64,000 nucleotides of DNA from Patescibacteria group bacterium (GTDB lineage: Bacteria > Patescibacteriota > Minisyncoccia > UBA6257 > GWB1-50-10): positions 42,262-106,261 of the forward strand of contig JANBVK010000001.1 of assembly GCA_024239035.1 (NCBI GenBank). The letters run 5' to 3'. This document shows positions 21,574 to 31,828 of the stretch, piece by piece (position 1 is the first letter of the stretch; every line of letters starts with the position of its first letter). Made by a program: the position numbers and the translations under genes. The notes beneath the pieces are model-generated. The model saw only the letters and a program-made list of their open reading frames with translations. It did not search any database and was not told the origin of the DNA.

Positions 21574-22937
21574 CTTGCATCATCAAGTGAAGATAATTGT
21601 CTGCTGTTCGGCAGATAATCCGCAGGATCAATAGTTACTCCCACTGGAACAAACCCCGCCGCCGGAGCGATCTTTTTATACTGAATGCTCGGCGCCCAAT
21701 ACAGACCAAAATGAAGGTGCGCCCCGTAAGAGTAGCCTGTGTTGCCTGAGTAGCCAATCAAATCCCCTCTTTGCACAGTATCCCCTTCTTCTACAACAAC
21801 TCGCGAAAGATGCGCATAAAGCGTGCTTAGATTATTCTCGTGTTCAATCACAACATATCTGCCATATTGATATCTTCGCCACCGCGATGTTCCCTTATCA
21901 TTATTGTCCACCGCCGCCACCTTACCGTAAAAAGCGGCTAAAATAGGCGTGCCAAGACGAGCTCTAAAATCAACGCCGGTATGTGTCTTGGTTCGATATG
22001 CCCTTTGGGCAAACTTCGTCGGTCCATAATATTGCGTTATGAGCGGCTCTTCAACCGGAAAACCAATAACACCCGGTCGTTTTAGGGGGAGTAAACTTGG
22101 ATCAAAAGCTGCCCGCAGTTGGTCTTCAAATTCTTCTATTATCCGACTGATCTCTTCCTGTTTTTCATCAATTTCAGCAATCTGGCTCTCATAAACCCTC
22201 TCCTGATTTTTTGTTTGAGCAAGTACCTGATTTTTATAGTCTTTTTGGTCTCGAACAATATACTGCCGGTTTATCAAATTAGAACCTTCAATCTTCTTAT
22301 TCCTTTGCTTGCCCTGCTCCTCACTTAATTTCTGAACCATTTCATATTGAAAATTTCTTAGCTCCTCAGCGCTAACAGTTAAATCGCTATTCAAGGTTAC
22401 AATGGATTGGGCCTCAGAAACGCTCTCTGCTAAGCTCTTATTCTTTAGAAAAATTATCAGTATGTTTTCACGGTCTCTCTGCTGCAGTTCCACCATCAAC
22501 TTCGCAACGGTAGATTTCTTGTTTTGAATGCTCTCCTCAATACTTCTAATATCTCTTCCTAAAGAGGTAATCTCTAAATCAAGTCTTTCTAAAATTAATT
22601 TGTTTGCCTTAATGGAAAGATTGAGCTGGTTGATACTGTAATCAATAGTTCTTATCTCTCTTACAAGCGAGTTTTTTTGTTTGCTTGTCTCTTCTAAGTT
22701 TTTCTCAACCTCTTCCCGCTCTTCCAAAATTTTCTGGAGCAGGGTGTTTCTATTCTCAATCTCCTGCCTTAAGCTCTCAGCAGTAGAACCATTGGGTGTC
22801 ACCTCCTCCGCTGTATCTTCCGAACTGTCCGATGAATCGGCCTGTGAAAAAACCGGGTTCGCAGAAAATAACAAACCCACGACAAGAATGACGGATAATA
22901 AATAACGAAAAGTACGTTTTGTTAATTCTTTATTCAT
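21570..22937 (-). CDS. M23 family peptidase with long coiled coil (EnvC-like architecture)
   Basis: Signal peptide, coiled coil, HTGVD, YAHLS, GNTG...HLHF. Confidence 0.92.
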   Translation of the reverse strand: MNKELTKRTFRYLLSVILVVGLLFSANPVFSQADSSDSSEDTAEEVTPNGSTAESLRQEIENRNTLLQKILEEREEVEKNLEETSKQKNSLVREIRTIDYSINQLNLSIKANKLILERLDLEITSLGRDIRSIEESIQNKKSTVAKLMVELQQRDRENILIIFLKNKSLAESVSEAQSIVTLNSDLTVSAEELRNFQYEMVQKLSEEQGKQRNKKIEGSNLINRQYIVRDQKDYKNQVLAQTKNQERVYESQIAEIDEKQEEISRIIEEFEDQLRAAFDPSLLPLKRPGVIGFPVEEPLITQYYGPTKFAQRAYRTKTHTGVDFRARLGTPILAAFYGKVAAVDNNDKGTSRWRRYQYGRYVVIEHENNLSTLYAHLSRVVVEEGDTVQRGDLIGYSGNTGYSYGAHLHFGLYWAPSIQYKKIAPAAGFVPVGVTIDPADYLPNSRQLSSLDDAR

Positions 22938-22952
22938 AACTCTAATTACTAA

Positions 22953-24734
22953 TTATACCACCTCACTTTGATAACATTGCTCACAGTAAACAACCTCTCC
23001 CCTCTCTGGTGCATAGCTCGTCTCAAATTCGTTGGGACATCTCCCTTCTGGGTGATGACTATGTTTTGCGGTATTCTGGTACATCTCGTAGTCACACACA
23101 CACTGACGGTGCCAGGTCAAAGGCGGATTTCGTAATTCTATTCGTTCCCCATGACGGCAGTTAGGACAAAGACGTGGAAGCGGCAGCTTGAGTTGCTTAT
23201 AGAACGCCAATTCCGAACTGATGATTCGGAATGCTTTCGTGCACGCGTGTTTGCATTCTGCATTGTGTTTGCAACCAACAATCTCTCTCACAACAGAATC
23301 TTCCACTTGCTCAATTGAGTCCGGTAAATCGTCAGGAGCAATCGTCACTTTGTAATCTCGCCTTTCTGGTTCTCTCCACAAATTGTAGCCCCGTTTTTTA
23401 ATCTCTTCTTTTGTGAGTGGAAAATATTCCTGCGCAGTTGTTTCGTTGTAGGCGAACGGGGAAATTTCAATGGGGAAAAATTCTCCATAACTATATTTTC
23501 TTCCGTTATCACCCTCGTATGGCAAATCGCTCATGTGTTTAATGATTTTCTCTCTCAAGGATTCGTATTCTTCTTTGGAGTATTGTTTGTTTAATATGCA
23601 ATATTGCTTCTTTCTTAAACTTACACACCCGAAAATATTTGATGAGCCCATAATTTGAACACCGTAATCAATATCCTGGCTATCATTCAAAACAAACCAG
23701 CTCCCTCGCACTCTGGAAATACCGTTCCCCCCTTGTAACACTTCATACGACAACTCTGTTCCCGCACCGAATTGCGAAATATCGTAACAATCTTTTGTGG
23801 TCGGAGCCACCTGATACTGCAAATACTTATTATCTTCTCCGTCATATACAATCCATGAATTGTAGGTGTTCTTTGAATTGTAAATGTAATCTCCAGAAAC
23901 ATTAATGTTTTGGATGCCATGTATATATTTGTGAATGCTTTTGCCCCAAAATTCTTTGCTTCTTGCCTTATGTTTTGCAATATTAAGGTACGATGTGAGA
24001 TTAAACTGCTTCAACTTCTTTTCGTAATCCTCTTTCGTATACGGCTTGTTAAAAATGTGGTACTTTTGGTTTCTTAAATTCGTGCATCCGAAACAGGACT
24101 GACATCCATGAAGGTCGCGAGAAAACCATACATCGCTGCATGCTTTGCAATCCTGAGACCAAAGCGTCTGATAGCACTTATGACAATTAATTACCTCGTA
24201 GCACAACTCTGATTCGCTCACTAAATTAGTGTCAACACAGTTTTTTGATTTCTCAAGTTCGCAACCATAAGAACAATCTTCATCAAAATCTGAATCGGTA
24301 AGCAGATAACAATTCTTTAAATCAAGCACCATATTGTTATAAGGGCTATTAAGCATTCTTGATTCATCTACTACGAAATTCGCTATAATTGGCACTCGCT
24401 TTAGGAGTGCGTCGAATTGCTCAAAAAAAGATTTATTAAAATCGTATTCGGTCCCATATTCCAAAGGATCCCATTTATCTGACCACCAACAAGACTGGCA
24501 ATACACAATATAAGGGCTGTCTTTGTGGTAGATGGAAATTACATCTTTCTCGCATCGACTACACTTCCGCTTAAAAAGCGTCCTGTCGTTACGGAAAGAA
24601 AACCGCCTCTGCATTCTGCAATGAAAGCAAAATGTCGGTGCCGGCACTTTTATCTTCTCGTAGAACGCAAAATCGTCCGGTTCAATTGTGAACTCGGATT
24701 TACAATTCTGACACTGTTTCTTCTCTTGATTCAT
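22953..24734 (-). CDS. Cys-rich conserved hypothetical protein of CPR type (zinc ribbons plus beta-helix-like repeats)
   Basis: CQNC, CFHCR, CSRC, YCQSCWWSDKWD, ELAFY...LPLPRLCPNCRH, VYCEQCY. Confidence 0.85.
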   Translation of the reverse strand: MNQEKKQCQNCKSEFTIEPDDFAFYEKIKVPAPTFCFHCRMQRRFSFRNDRTLFKRKCSRCEKDVISIYHKDSPYIVYCQSCWWSDKWDPLEYGTEYDFNKSFFEQFDALLKRVPIIANFVVDESRMLNSPYNNMVLDLKNCYLLTDSDFDEDCSYGCELEKSKNCVDTNLVSESELCYEVINCHKCYQTLWSQDCKACSDVWFSRDLHGCQSCFGCTNLRNQKYHIFNKPYTKEDYEKKLKQFNLTSYLNIAKHKARSKEFWGKSIHKYIHGIQNINVSGDYIYNSKNTYNSWIVYDGEDNKYLQYQVAPTTKDCYDISQFGAGTELSYEVLQGGNGISRVRGSWFVLNDSQDIDYGVQIMGSSNIFGCVSLRKKQYCILNKQYSKEEYESLREKIIKHMSDLPYEGDNGRKYSYGEFFPIEISPFAYNETTAQEYFPLTKEEIKKRGYNLWREPERRDYKVTIAPDDLPDSIEQVEDSVVREIVGCKHNAECKHACTKAFRIISSELAFYKQLKLPLPRLCPNCRHGERIELRNPPLTWHRQCVCDYEMYQNTAKHSHHPEGRCPNEFETSYAPERGEVVYCEQCYQSEVV

Positions 24735-24744
24735 AGCTCAAAGT

Positions 24745-26175
24745 TCATGAATCTAATTTCTTAATCGCTTCATTTATTCTTTTCACCGTTTCGATTTTCC
24801 CCAGAACGCCTAGAATTTCTAAGGGCCCCGGCGATGCCGCTTGCCCGGATAACGCAACCCGGAGAGGCCACAACACGTCTCCCCTGCCCTCCCGCTCAGC
24901 AAAAGCCATAACCCGATTTTCTACCCTCTTTTTAAAAGATGAACCGGACGGAATGCTCTTAACTATCTCCAATACACCCCTTAAATTAGCTAAGGTTATC
25001 TTCGCGTCTGTTTTTCCCCAAATAAGCATCTCCTTCTTATAAGCCGGCAGCTTAAAGAAAAATTTTACTATTCCCGAAAACTCCTTCAAATTTTTTATTC
25101 TCCCTTTCTCCACTTCTAAAATTCTAATAAGCAGTTTTTTCTTACTAAGCTGCGCCGAAGTAACAAAAGGCTTTAGATAAACTAATAATTCTTCGGTCGG
25201 AAGCTGTCTGATGTAGTAAGTATTCAACCAGTCCAATTTTTCCTTATTAAACGCTGCGCCTCCTTTCTGAACCCGCTCCAAACTAAACTCCTTAATCATC
25301 TCCGGCACGCTCAACACTTCCCTATCCTGCTCCGGATGCCACCCCAAAAGAACCAAAAAATTGAGCACCGCTTGAGGCAAATAACCCATTTTTTTGTAAT
25401 CACCTAAAGATATATCCAACTTACGCTTGGATAGTTTCCTTCGGTCCGGCCCTAAAATCAAAGGGAGATGAGCAAACGTCGGATGGCTAAAACCAAGCGC
25501 CTCCTGAATTACAATCTGCTTCGGCGTGTTACTTAAATGGTCTTCACCTCTTATTACCTGATTCGCTCCCATCTCCACATCATCCACCGCCGCCGCAAAA
25601 TTATAGAGCGGTTTCTTTAAACCTTTTGCAATAATAATGTCCCCGAATAATCCGGTATCAAACTCAACTCTGCCTCTTACAATATCGTTAATAACTACCC
25701 GCTTGTCAGGCATTTTAAAGCGAATAACAGCCGAATCCCCTCTTCTCAAGCGCAGAGCAACCTCTTTCTCAGTAAGCGGCAGGCATCGTCCGCCGTACTT
25801 CGGAGCCAATCCTTGACTCAACTGCGCCTGGCGCTCCGCCTCAAGCTCCTCCGGAGTGCAAAAACAATAGTACGCTCTTTTTTCTTTAAGAAGTTTTTGC
25901 AGATGACCCTCATAGATATCCAATCGCTCACTCTGCCGAATAAGTTTTTCATCCCATTCAAGTCCAAGCCACTTTAAACTGTCTAAAATATCTTTCTCAA
26001 ACTTTTTCTTGGAACGCTCCTTGTCAGTATCCTCAATTCGCAGCAAAAACTTTCCTCCCTCGTGCCGGGCAAAAAGCCAGTTAAACAAGGCGGTACGGGC
26101 ATTCCCTATACTGAAAGGTCCGGTCGGCGAAGGCGCAAACCGCACCCTCGCGGGCTTTTTAGGGTCAGGATTCAT
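24745..26175 (-). CDS. gltX: glutamate--tRNA ligase
   Basis: RFAPSPTG, RIEDTD, IRGEDH, KLSKR; HIGH motif appears as SIGN. Confidence 0.97.
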   Translation of the reverse strand: MNPDPKKPARVRFAPSPTGPFSIGNARTALFNWLFARHEGGKFLLRIEDTDKERSKKKFEKDILDSLKWLGLEWDEKLIRQSERLDIYEGHLQKLLKEKRAYYCFCTPEELEAERQAQLSQGLAPKYGGRCLPLTEKEVALRLRRGDSAVIRFKMPDKRVVINDIVRGRVEFDTGLFGDIIIAKGLKKPLYNFAAAVDDVEMGANQVIRGEDHLSNTPKQIVIQEALGFSHPTFAHLPLILGPDRRKLSKRKLDISLGDYKKMGYLPQAVLNFLVLLGWHPEQDREVLSVPEMIKEFSLERVQKGGAAFNKEKLDWLNTYYIRQLPTEELLVYLKPFVTSAQLSKKKLLIRILEVEKGRIKNLKEFSGIVKFFFKLPAYKKEMLIWGKTDAKITLANLRGVLEIVKSIPSGSSFKKRVENRVMAFAEREGRGDVLWPLRVALSGQAASPGPLEILGVLGKIETVKRINEAIKKLDS

Positions 26176-26288
26176 CCCCCTTATTATGCCACAATTCGGC
26201 TATTCTTAGGAAAACTATTACTCTAAGATGGATAAAAAAATGCCCCAGCGGTTAAAAAACCCGCCGAGGCACGATACTACATACTAGC

Positions 26289-26882
26289 TCACGTCACCTG
26301 CGTACTTAGACGTCGCTGGCGGCGTTGCCGTTGAAATTCTTCGCCGCTGGCCAGTAAATTGGCAAGCTCTATTTCTTCATCGCTGAAGTGGGACATGAAC
26401 TCGTGAACGAGATCTGGGAGCTGCGAAAAATGGTTATGACGAATGAATTGTCCGAAAGCTCGTCGGGCAACCCGGCCCCGAAACTCTTCCTCGTGGGCAC
26501 GCTCCTCACGGGCAATTTCAAGGGCTGACCCTACATCGTAGTTGGGGTGCTCAAGAGTGTGTTCGCTGCAGCGGACCGCCGCCTCGTAGATACGTTTGCC
26601 TAGTTTGTACTCTCGCGCAATCTTGAGCGCATCCCACGGCCGCTTCTCAAGAACACTCGCATACCACGTATCAATAATCCATCGGTAATCTATCCTGTGC
26701 TCCCGGGCGTAGCGCACAGCAACGGCATACTGCCCCTCCTCCACGTGCTCCCGCATCTTTGAGACGCGGGATTCTGTTGCGAGCTCTACATCACCCGTTG
26801 CCTCAGCAAAGAGAGCTAAGACATCGAGGTCATCGGTGTGAGTTTCAAGAATCTCCTGCAACTGCTCATGCGCTGCCATCAT
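26289..26882 (-). CDS. helical-repeat ORFan
   Basis: GGAGG SD before MMAA; repeated A-x-x-I-A-R-E units; hairpin and T tract after the stop. Confidence 0.65.
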   Translation of the reverse strand: MMAAHEQLQEILETHTDDLDVLALFAEATGDVELATESRVSKMREHVEEGQYAVAVRYAREHRIDYRWIIDTWYASVLEKRPWDALKIAREYKLGKRIYEAAVRCSEHTLEHPNYDVGSALEIAREERAHEEEFRGRVARRAFGQFIRHNHFSQLPDLVHEFMSHFSDEEIELANLLASGEEFQRQRRQRRLSTQVT

Positions 26883-26961
26883 AAACCTCCATTTCAAAAA
26901 TCATAAATGTTCTGCTAAGCAAAAATTAGCACCTCCGTGCTAATTTATCAACCCCGCCCCG

Positions 26962-28086
26962 CTACCTTACAAACTCCACAATCTGTCTTGCAATAATCTC
27001 GGCCGCCTCCGGCTTTGCGAAATTCCTTGCCGCCTCAGACATTCTCCGAACGGCTTCCGCATCTTTTAATAAATTCTCTATCTGAATCCGAACTACGTTA
27101 AACGTAAAATTTGTCTCTTCAATAACCACAGCCGCTCCCCCACGGGCATACTCATAAGCATTTATCCGTTGATGATCACTCGCCGCCTCGGGAAGCGGAA
27201 TGAGAATTGATGGTTTGCCGAAAGAGGCCACTTCAAAAATCGCGCCTGACCCCGCCCGAGACACAACAACATTTGCAGCAGTAAGCACGATTTTAGAACG
27301 CTCGGCATCAAGGAAACCCGCAAACTGATAACGGCCCTGAAGATCCCCCTTATCCTTAAAGAAAAATTTAACGAATTCCTGTGCCTCCTTAATATTCCCC
27401 TCCCCCACTAAATGAAAGACTTGGGTAACGTTAAGAAATCCCTCCAGATTATCAAAAACAAAAGTATTTAACCTAGCGGCGCCCTGTGACCCTCCCAAAA
27501 AAAGAACCAAAGGCTTTTTTGAGTCAAACCTAAGGCGTGCCTTAGCTCCTTCCATATCCGGCGGTCGGTTCAAAAAAAGTTCGTGTCTTATTGGGTTGCC
27601 CACCAGGGTGGTTTTAGACGCCTTAAAGTAGGACGCCGCAGTTTTGAAAGCTATAAAAATACGCTTGGTAAAAATTGCCGATATTTTATTAGTTAAACCC
27701 GGCACTGCATCGGACTCGTGAATTATAACCGGAATGAAATAAAAACGAGCGGCTAAAACAACAGCGAGCGCCCCCGGTCCCCCTTTTGAGAAAATTACAT
27801 CCGGCATTAAAAAGTAGAGCCGAAAAAGCGCCTGAAAAAAACTGAAGAAGAACTTAGGAATGTCTATAAAATTAGCCAGCGCAAAATAGCGCCTTAGCTT
27901 GCTTGAGGCAACCCTGTAAACCTGAATATCCCTTTTCACAAACTCTTCGTTCAATGTGTGTTTCGTTCCTAAATACAAAATCTCCACCTCTCCTTGGGTC
28001 ATTCTCTTAATCTCGTCGGCTACGGCAAGTAAAGGGTAAATATGTCCTCCCGTACCCCCGCCAGTTAGTAAAATTCTTTTCTTCAT
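26962..28086 (-). CDS. murG: undecaprenyldiphospho-muramoylpentapeptide beta-N-acetylglucosaminyltransferase
   Basis: TGGGTGGHIYP, IHESD, GNPIR, GGSQGA, SRAGS, HQRINA. Confidence 0.97.
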   Translation of the reverse strand: MKKRILLTGGGTGGHIYPLLAVADEIKRMTQGEVEILYLGTKHTLNEEFVKRDIQVYRVASSKLRRYFALANFIDIPKFFFSFFQALFRLYFLMPDVIFSKGGPGALAVVLAARFYFIPVIIHESDAVPGLTNKISAIFTKRIFIAFKTAASYFKASKTTLVGNPIRHELFLNRPPDMEGAKARLRFDSKKPLVLFLGGSQGAARLNTFVFDNLEGFLNVTQVFHLVGEGNIKEAQEFVKFFFKDKGDLQGRYQFAGFLDAERSKIVLTAANVVVSRAGSGAIFEVASFGKPSILIPLPEAASDHQRINAYEYARGGAAVVIEETNFTFNVVRIQIENLLKDAEAVRRMSEAARNFAKPEAAEIIARQIVEFVR

Positions 28087-28099
28087 ACGTCCGGTTAAA

Positions 28100-29206
28100 T
28101 CACCTTCTATACTTTGAAACATTAACGATAATGCCGCTCATCGTCAAAAAAACAGCCAAAGAGGTTCCCCCAAAACTGATAAAAGGCAGAGGGACACCGG
28201 TTAAAGGAATAAGTCCCGAGACGGCAGCGATGTTGATAAAGGCCTGAACACCTATAAGCGACGAAAACCCCGTGACAATAAGCCGCCCGAAATTATCGGG
28301 CGCGGATCTGGCAATTCTCAAGCCCCGCCAAACCAAAAAAAGGAATATTGTAATGAGAAGAGCGGCGCCGACAAAACCAAACTCTTCCGCGATTACGGCA
28401 AAAATTGAATCTCCAATCTGTTCAGGTAAATACCTCAGTTTTGCGGTTGAATTTCCATAACCTACTCCAAGCAGTCCCCCGGAACCAATTGCAGTTAAAG
28501 ACTGGTCAATGTGGTACCCCGCTTCTAATCGGTCAACTTCTGGATTAAAAAAACTTATCACTCTCTCCAAACGATACGGCGTAATATAAATTATAACCGA
28601 GAGAGCCAAACCGGCTAAAAGAATGGCGGCAATTACAAACCTAAAATGAGCACCAGCGGTAAAGTACGTGATAAGAGCGGCTGCAAAAATGATAACTGCC
28701 GTTGTTGTGGAAGGCTGGAAAATTATAAGCAGCGTTACTACGCCCACCAGAATAAGAAAAGGGAAAAACCCTTCAACTAAACTCTTGCCTCTTTTCTGAC
28801 TCTTACTAAGCCAAGCAGATAAATATATAAGAAAAGTTAATTTTAAAATTTCGGCCGGCTGAATGGTAGATCCGCCGAAAGTCAACCACCTTGCCGCCCC
28901 CTTAACGGTCAAGCCCAGCGGAGAGAGCACTAAAATCAGCATCAGTATTGTAAGAGCTAAAAGAAACATTGACCACTTCTCCAAGCGGCGATAAAACACG
29001 AACGTCCCCAGAATAAATCCGCTTATCCCCGCCGAGAGACCGTACAAAATTTGGTGGTTTAAATAGTGATAACTGTTGTTAAATCTGGTCTGAGCTAAAT
29101 CAGAAGAAGCACTTGTGAGCATTACTAATCCGAAAATAACAAGTATCACTACAAGACCAATGAAAACGTAGTCTGGGGATGAAGTTACTCTAGTTTTATA
29201 GCGCAT
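28100..29206 (-). CDS. ftsW: SEDS peptidoglycan glycosyltransferase FtsW
   Basis: GAARW, QPAE, YLPE...DSIFA, TGVPLPFISFGGTS. Confidence 0.93.
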   Translation of the reverse strand: MRYKTRVTSSPDYVFIGLVVILVIFGLVMLTSASSDLAQTRFNNSYHYLNHQILYGLSAGISGFILGTFVFYRRLEKWSMFLLALTILMLILVLSPLGLTVKGAARWLTFGGSTIQPAEILKLTFLIYLSAWLSKSQKRGKSLVEGFFPFLILVGVVTLLIIFQPSTTTAVIIFAAALITYFTAGAHFRFVIAAILLAGLALSVIIYITPYRLERVISFFNPEVDRLEAGYHIDQSLTAIGSGGLLGVGYGNSTAKLRYLPEQIGDSIFAVIAEEFGFVGAALLITIFLFLVWRGLRIARSAPDNFGRLIVTGFSSLIGVQAFINIAAVSGLIPLTGVPLPFISFGGTSLAVFLTMSGIIVNVSKYRR

Positions 29207-29207
29207 A

Positions 29208-30752
29208 TCACTTACTGGCCCTCAAAACGTTTCCTGCTAAAACTTTTTTGAAATTTCCCTGCTCCAACGCTAACTGACCATTCACTAACACGTCGCTGGG
29301 TCCGTCATCACGCAAAACCACAATATCAGCGTAGTTGTCTTCTTTAATTAATCCCCTCTTCTCAATTTTATACTTCCCGGCCGGCAAGGAAGTAACTTTG
29401 GCTATCGCTTTCTCCATTGAAATCTTCTTTTCCTTTTTCACCCACTTGATAAATTCGGTAAAAACCCGCGACTCACACCCGCTTTTTGAATCGGCGGGTT
29501 TACTCTGAGTCTGCCCGCCCTGAGGTATCTCGAGGGGTCGAATGGGCAGGCCCACTTCCCCTGAGGCAATAAAAGAATAAGACGAGGTCAAAAACCCCTC
29601 TAAAAGTCCAACATCAACAAGCCTGTGAAAAAGAACTGCCCTAAGATGAGAAAGTTTCATCAGTTTCAAGAGTGCCTCGTCAGACCTAAAATTATTGCCT
29701 CCAGCATACTCTTCTAAAGATTTTCCAACAAGAAACTTCAAGGATTTATCAACATGACAAATATAAACGTCCTCCGGGGAAACTTTCCTGAAGTGCGCCA
29801 AGAGTTTTTTCTCTAAATGATCTGAATTAACGCGACGGAGCATCGCCTCCAAATTACCCTTCTTTGCCCAGTCCGGTAGAAATTGGTAAATCGGCACAGC
29901 CAACTTATCAGAAGGATAACAGTCAAAATTAATGGAAGTTTCGGCCATCTCCCTCTCTATAACTTCTTTGGCTTTTAAGTAGTTTTTGTCAAATCCTTTT
30001 AGCGGTTGGAAGTGGCTAATCTCAATATTTGCCCCCGTAAGTTTCGCAATATCGATAACTTCCTGAAAAGATTTCTTCAGGCCGTTTCCTAACTCCCTTA
30101 AATGAGTAGCGTAAACCCGTTTTTCTTTTGCTGTGACTTGAACGAGCTCAGCAATCTCGTGGTGGGGAACCATTTTTGAGTGGACATACTCCAAACCGGT
30201 GGAGAAACCGTAGGCGCCATCCTTAAAAGCTTGGGTGAGAGTTTCCTTAAGGATTTCGAGCTCGCTGTCTGTTAAATCTCTGGGAGTTTCACCGGTAAGC
30301 GCCCGCCTAATCGTTGAATGACCCACTAAAGTGCCAAAGTTGACGCCCAATCCCTGCTTCTCAAGAGTTAAAAAAAATTCAGCTAAGCTGTGCCAATTAA
30401 TGTTTATTTCTGATACATTTCCCCATTTACGAATGGGGGCCAAAGAGCCGCTAAAGAGCGGCGCAAGCGATGCCCCGCAGTTCCCGCCAATAACAGTAGT
30501 AACTCCCTGCCTGATATAACCCTCCAGCGTGCTGTCGGTAAAAATATTAAGGTAGTGATCAAGAGAGGCGTTAATGTCAATAAAACCGGGAGTAACAATT
30601 GCGCCGACCGCATCAACAATCAAATCCGCCTGTCTTTTCGGCATATTATCCGAAATGCGCACAATCCTCTCTCCCCGCACAAGAATATCTTTTTTAACCG
30701 GTGTCTCCCCGCTTCCGTCATAAACAAGACCGTTTTTAATGAGAACAGTCAT
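29208..30752 (-). CDS. N-acyl-D-amino-acid deacylase-like amidohydrolase (degenerate metal site)
   Basis: PGFID, QGVTTVIGGNCG, ATHLR, ISHF, ADIVV; the HxH motif is replaced by NAS. Confidence 0.85.
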   Translation of the reverse strand: MTVLIKNGLVYDGSGETPVKKDILVRGERIVRISDNMPKRQADLIVDAVGAIVTPGFIDINASLDHYLNIFTDSTLEGYIRQGVTTVIGGNCGASLAPLFSGSLAPIRKWGNVSEININWHSLAEFFLTLEKQGLGVNFGTLVGHSTIRRALTGETPRDLTDSELEILKETLTQAFKDGAYGFSTGLEYVHSKMVPHHEIAELVQVTAKEKRVYATHLRELGNGLKKSFQEVIDIAKLTGANIEISHFQPLKGFDKNYLKAKEVIEREMAETSINFDCYPSDKLAVPIYQFLPDWAKKGNLEAMLRRVNSDHLEKKLLAHFRKVSPEDVYICHVDKSLKFLVGKSLEEYAGGNNFRSDEALLKLMKLSHLRAVLFHRLVDVGLLEGFLTSSYSFIASGEVGLPIRPLEIPQGGQTQSKPADSKSGCESRVFTEFIKWVKKEKKISMEKAIAKVTSLPAGKYKIEKRGLIKEDNYADIVVLRDDGPSDVLVNGQLALEQGNFKKVLAGNVLRASK

Positions 30753-31020
30753 AACCTTATCTTACATTATCGGTTCCATTAAGTCCCTGTTAATCTTATC
30801 CAGCCTTATAGAACTCAGCGCTGATTTCACCAGTCTTAACAAGAATCTGTTTATCTGGTATAAGTATTTTAGCTCCGAGTAAATCATTCTAACCCAGGTG
30901 GAGAAGTAAACGGTGTTCTGTAGCTGTTGTATGCCCTCGGGTCCATCCTGAGAGCAAAATCACTTCCACTTCACGTTTGCACTTGAGTGAAAACGAGGAA
31001 GGATTAGGAAGGAGTAACAC

Positions 31021-31290
31021 ATGTTCAGAACGATTAAAGAAGGTCTTGGGGTCTACAAGCGAGAGCTCGGTAGATACAGGTGTTGGCTCTACAGGCTGCG
31101 ATCTGACTTCCCGAGATTATTTAGATCAGGAAGGTTCGGAGTCTTGGAGTTAGATGACGCAGACCGTGAGAGATATACCCACTGGAACGCCAAGCTCCGC
31201 GGTATGATTCTCTCTCTAGGACTCACAAAGAAAGAGGTAATAATGATTAACGAGGAGGTTGGTCTTGGTCCTCCTCTGGCTACAACCTGA
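31021..31290 (+). CDS. hypothetical ORFan
   Basis: AAGGAG SD; terminator GCCCGCTCAG/CTGAGCGGGC plus T tract. Confidence 0.65.
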   Translation: MFRTIKEGLGVYKRELGRYRCWLYRLRSDFPRLFRSGRFGVLELDDADRERYTHWNAKLRGMILSLGLTKKEVIMINEEVGLGPPLATT

Positions 31291-31385
31291 TCCTCCACCG
31301 GGGTTTCGCGCCCGCTCAGTAACCTGAGCGGGCTTTCTCTTTTACGCAAAGGCAAGAAAAAGAAAATGCTCGCGAGGTCTTAACC

Positions 31386-31565
31386 TCAACGAGCACTTTG
31401 ATCACTATCAGGGGATTCTAGATCTCCCAATAAAAACTCCTGTTCACATTCGGTACACTGACCAGTATTGGTCCCCTTGATTGGATAAACCAACCCTCCA
31501 CAATCCGGGCAGGGTTCCTGCTTAACAACAAGGTTTTCTCGTTGTTTTCTCTCTGATTCTGCCAT
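31386..31565 (-). CDS. 59-aa zinc-ribbon microprotein (absent from the ORF track)
   Basis: Hand translation MAESERKQRENLVVKQEPCPDCGGLVYPIKGTNTGQCTECEQEFLLGDLESPDSDQSAR; AAGGAGG SD; two CxxC motifs. Confidence 0.7.
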   Translation of the reverse strand: MAESERKQRENLVVKQEPCPDCGGLVYPIKGTNTGQCTECEQEFLLGDLESPDSDQSAR

Positions 31566-31591
31566 AGAAACCTCCTTCGCTGTTCATCCGC

Positions 31592-31804
31592 TCAAATCAA
31601 ACCCCGACTCACCGGGTCCCAAGGTTGACCGAATTTGTCACGGTCCGCAAAACCATCTTCATCACGGTAAACCTCACTCTCCCGGTCGAAAGTCAGTCTG
31701 CGAGCTCTAGCGGCTTCTAAGTTGTGAACATTGTCCGGAGGAAGACTGGGCTGAAACTCCGGTAGCTTCTTCTCTTTCTTTTTCTGCTGCCCTTTACTGT
31801 CCAT
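31592..31804 (-). CDS. hypothetical ORFan
   Basis: AGGAGG SD; co-oriented with its neighbours. Confidence 0.6.
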   Translation of the reverse strand: MDSKGQQKKKEKKLPEFQPSLPPDNVHNLEAARARRLTFDRESEVYRDEDGFADRDKFGQPWDPVSRGLI

Positions 31805-31828
31805 ACTACCCTCCTTGAAAAGCTTGAA

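Noticed and set aside
30760-30960. Possible pseudogene fragment and weak 9-10-bp periodic repeats (similar stretch at 35437-35478)
   Set aside because: Frames are short and unrecognisable, and the periodicity is too irregular to support.
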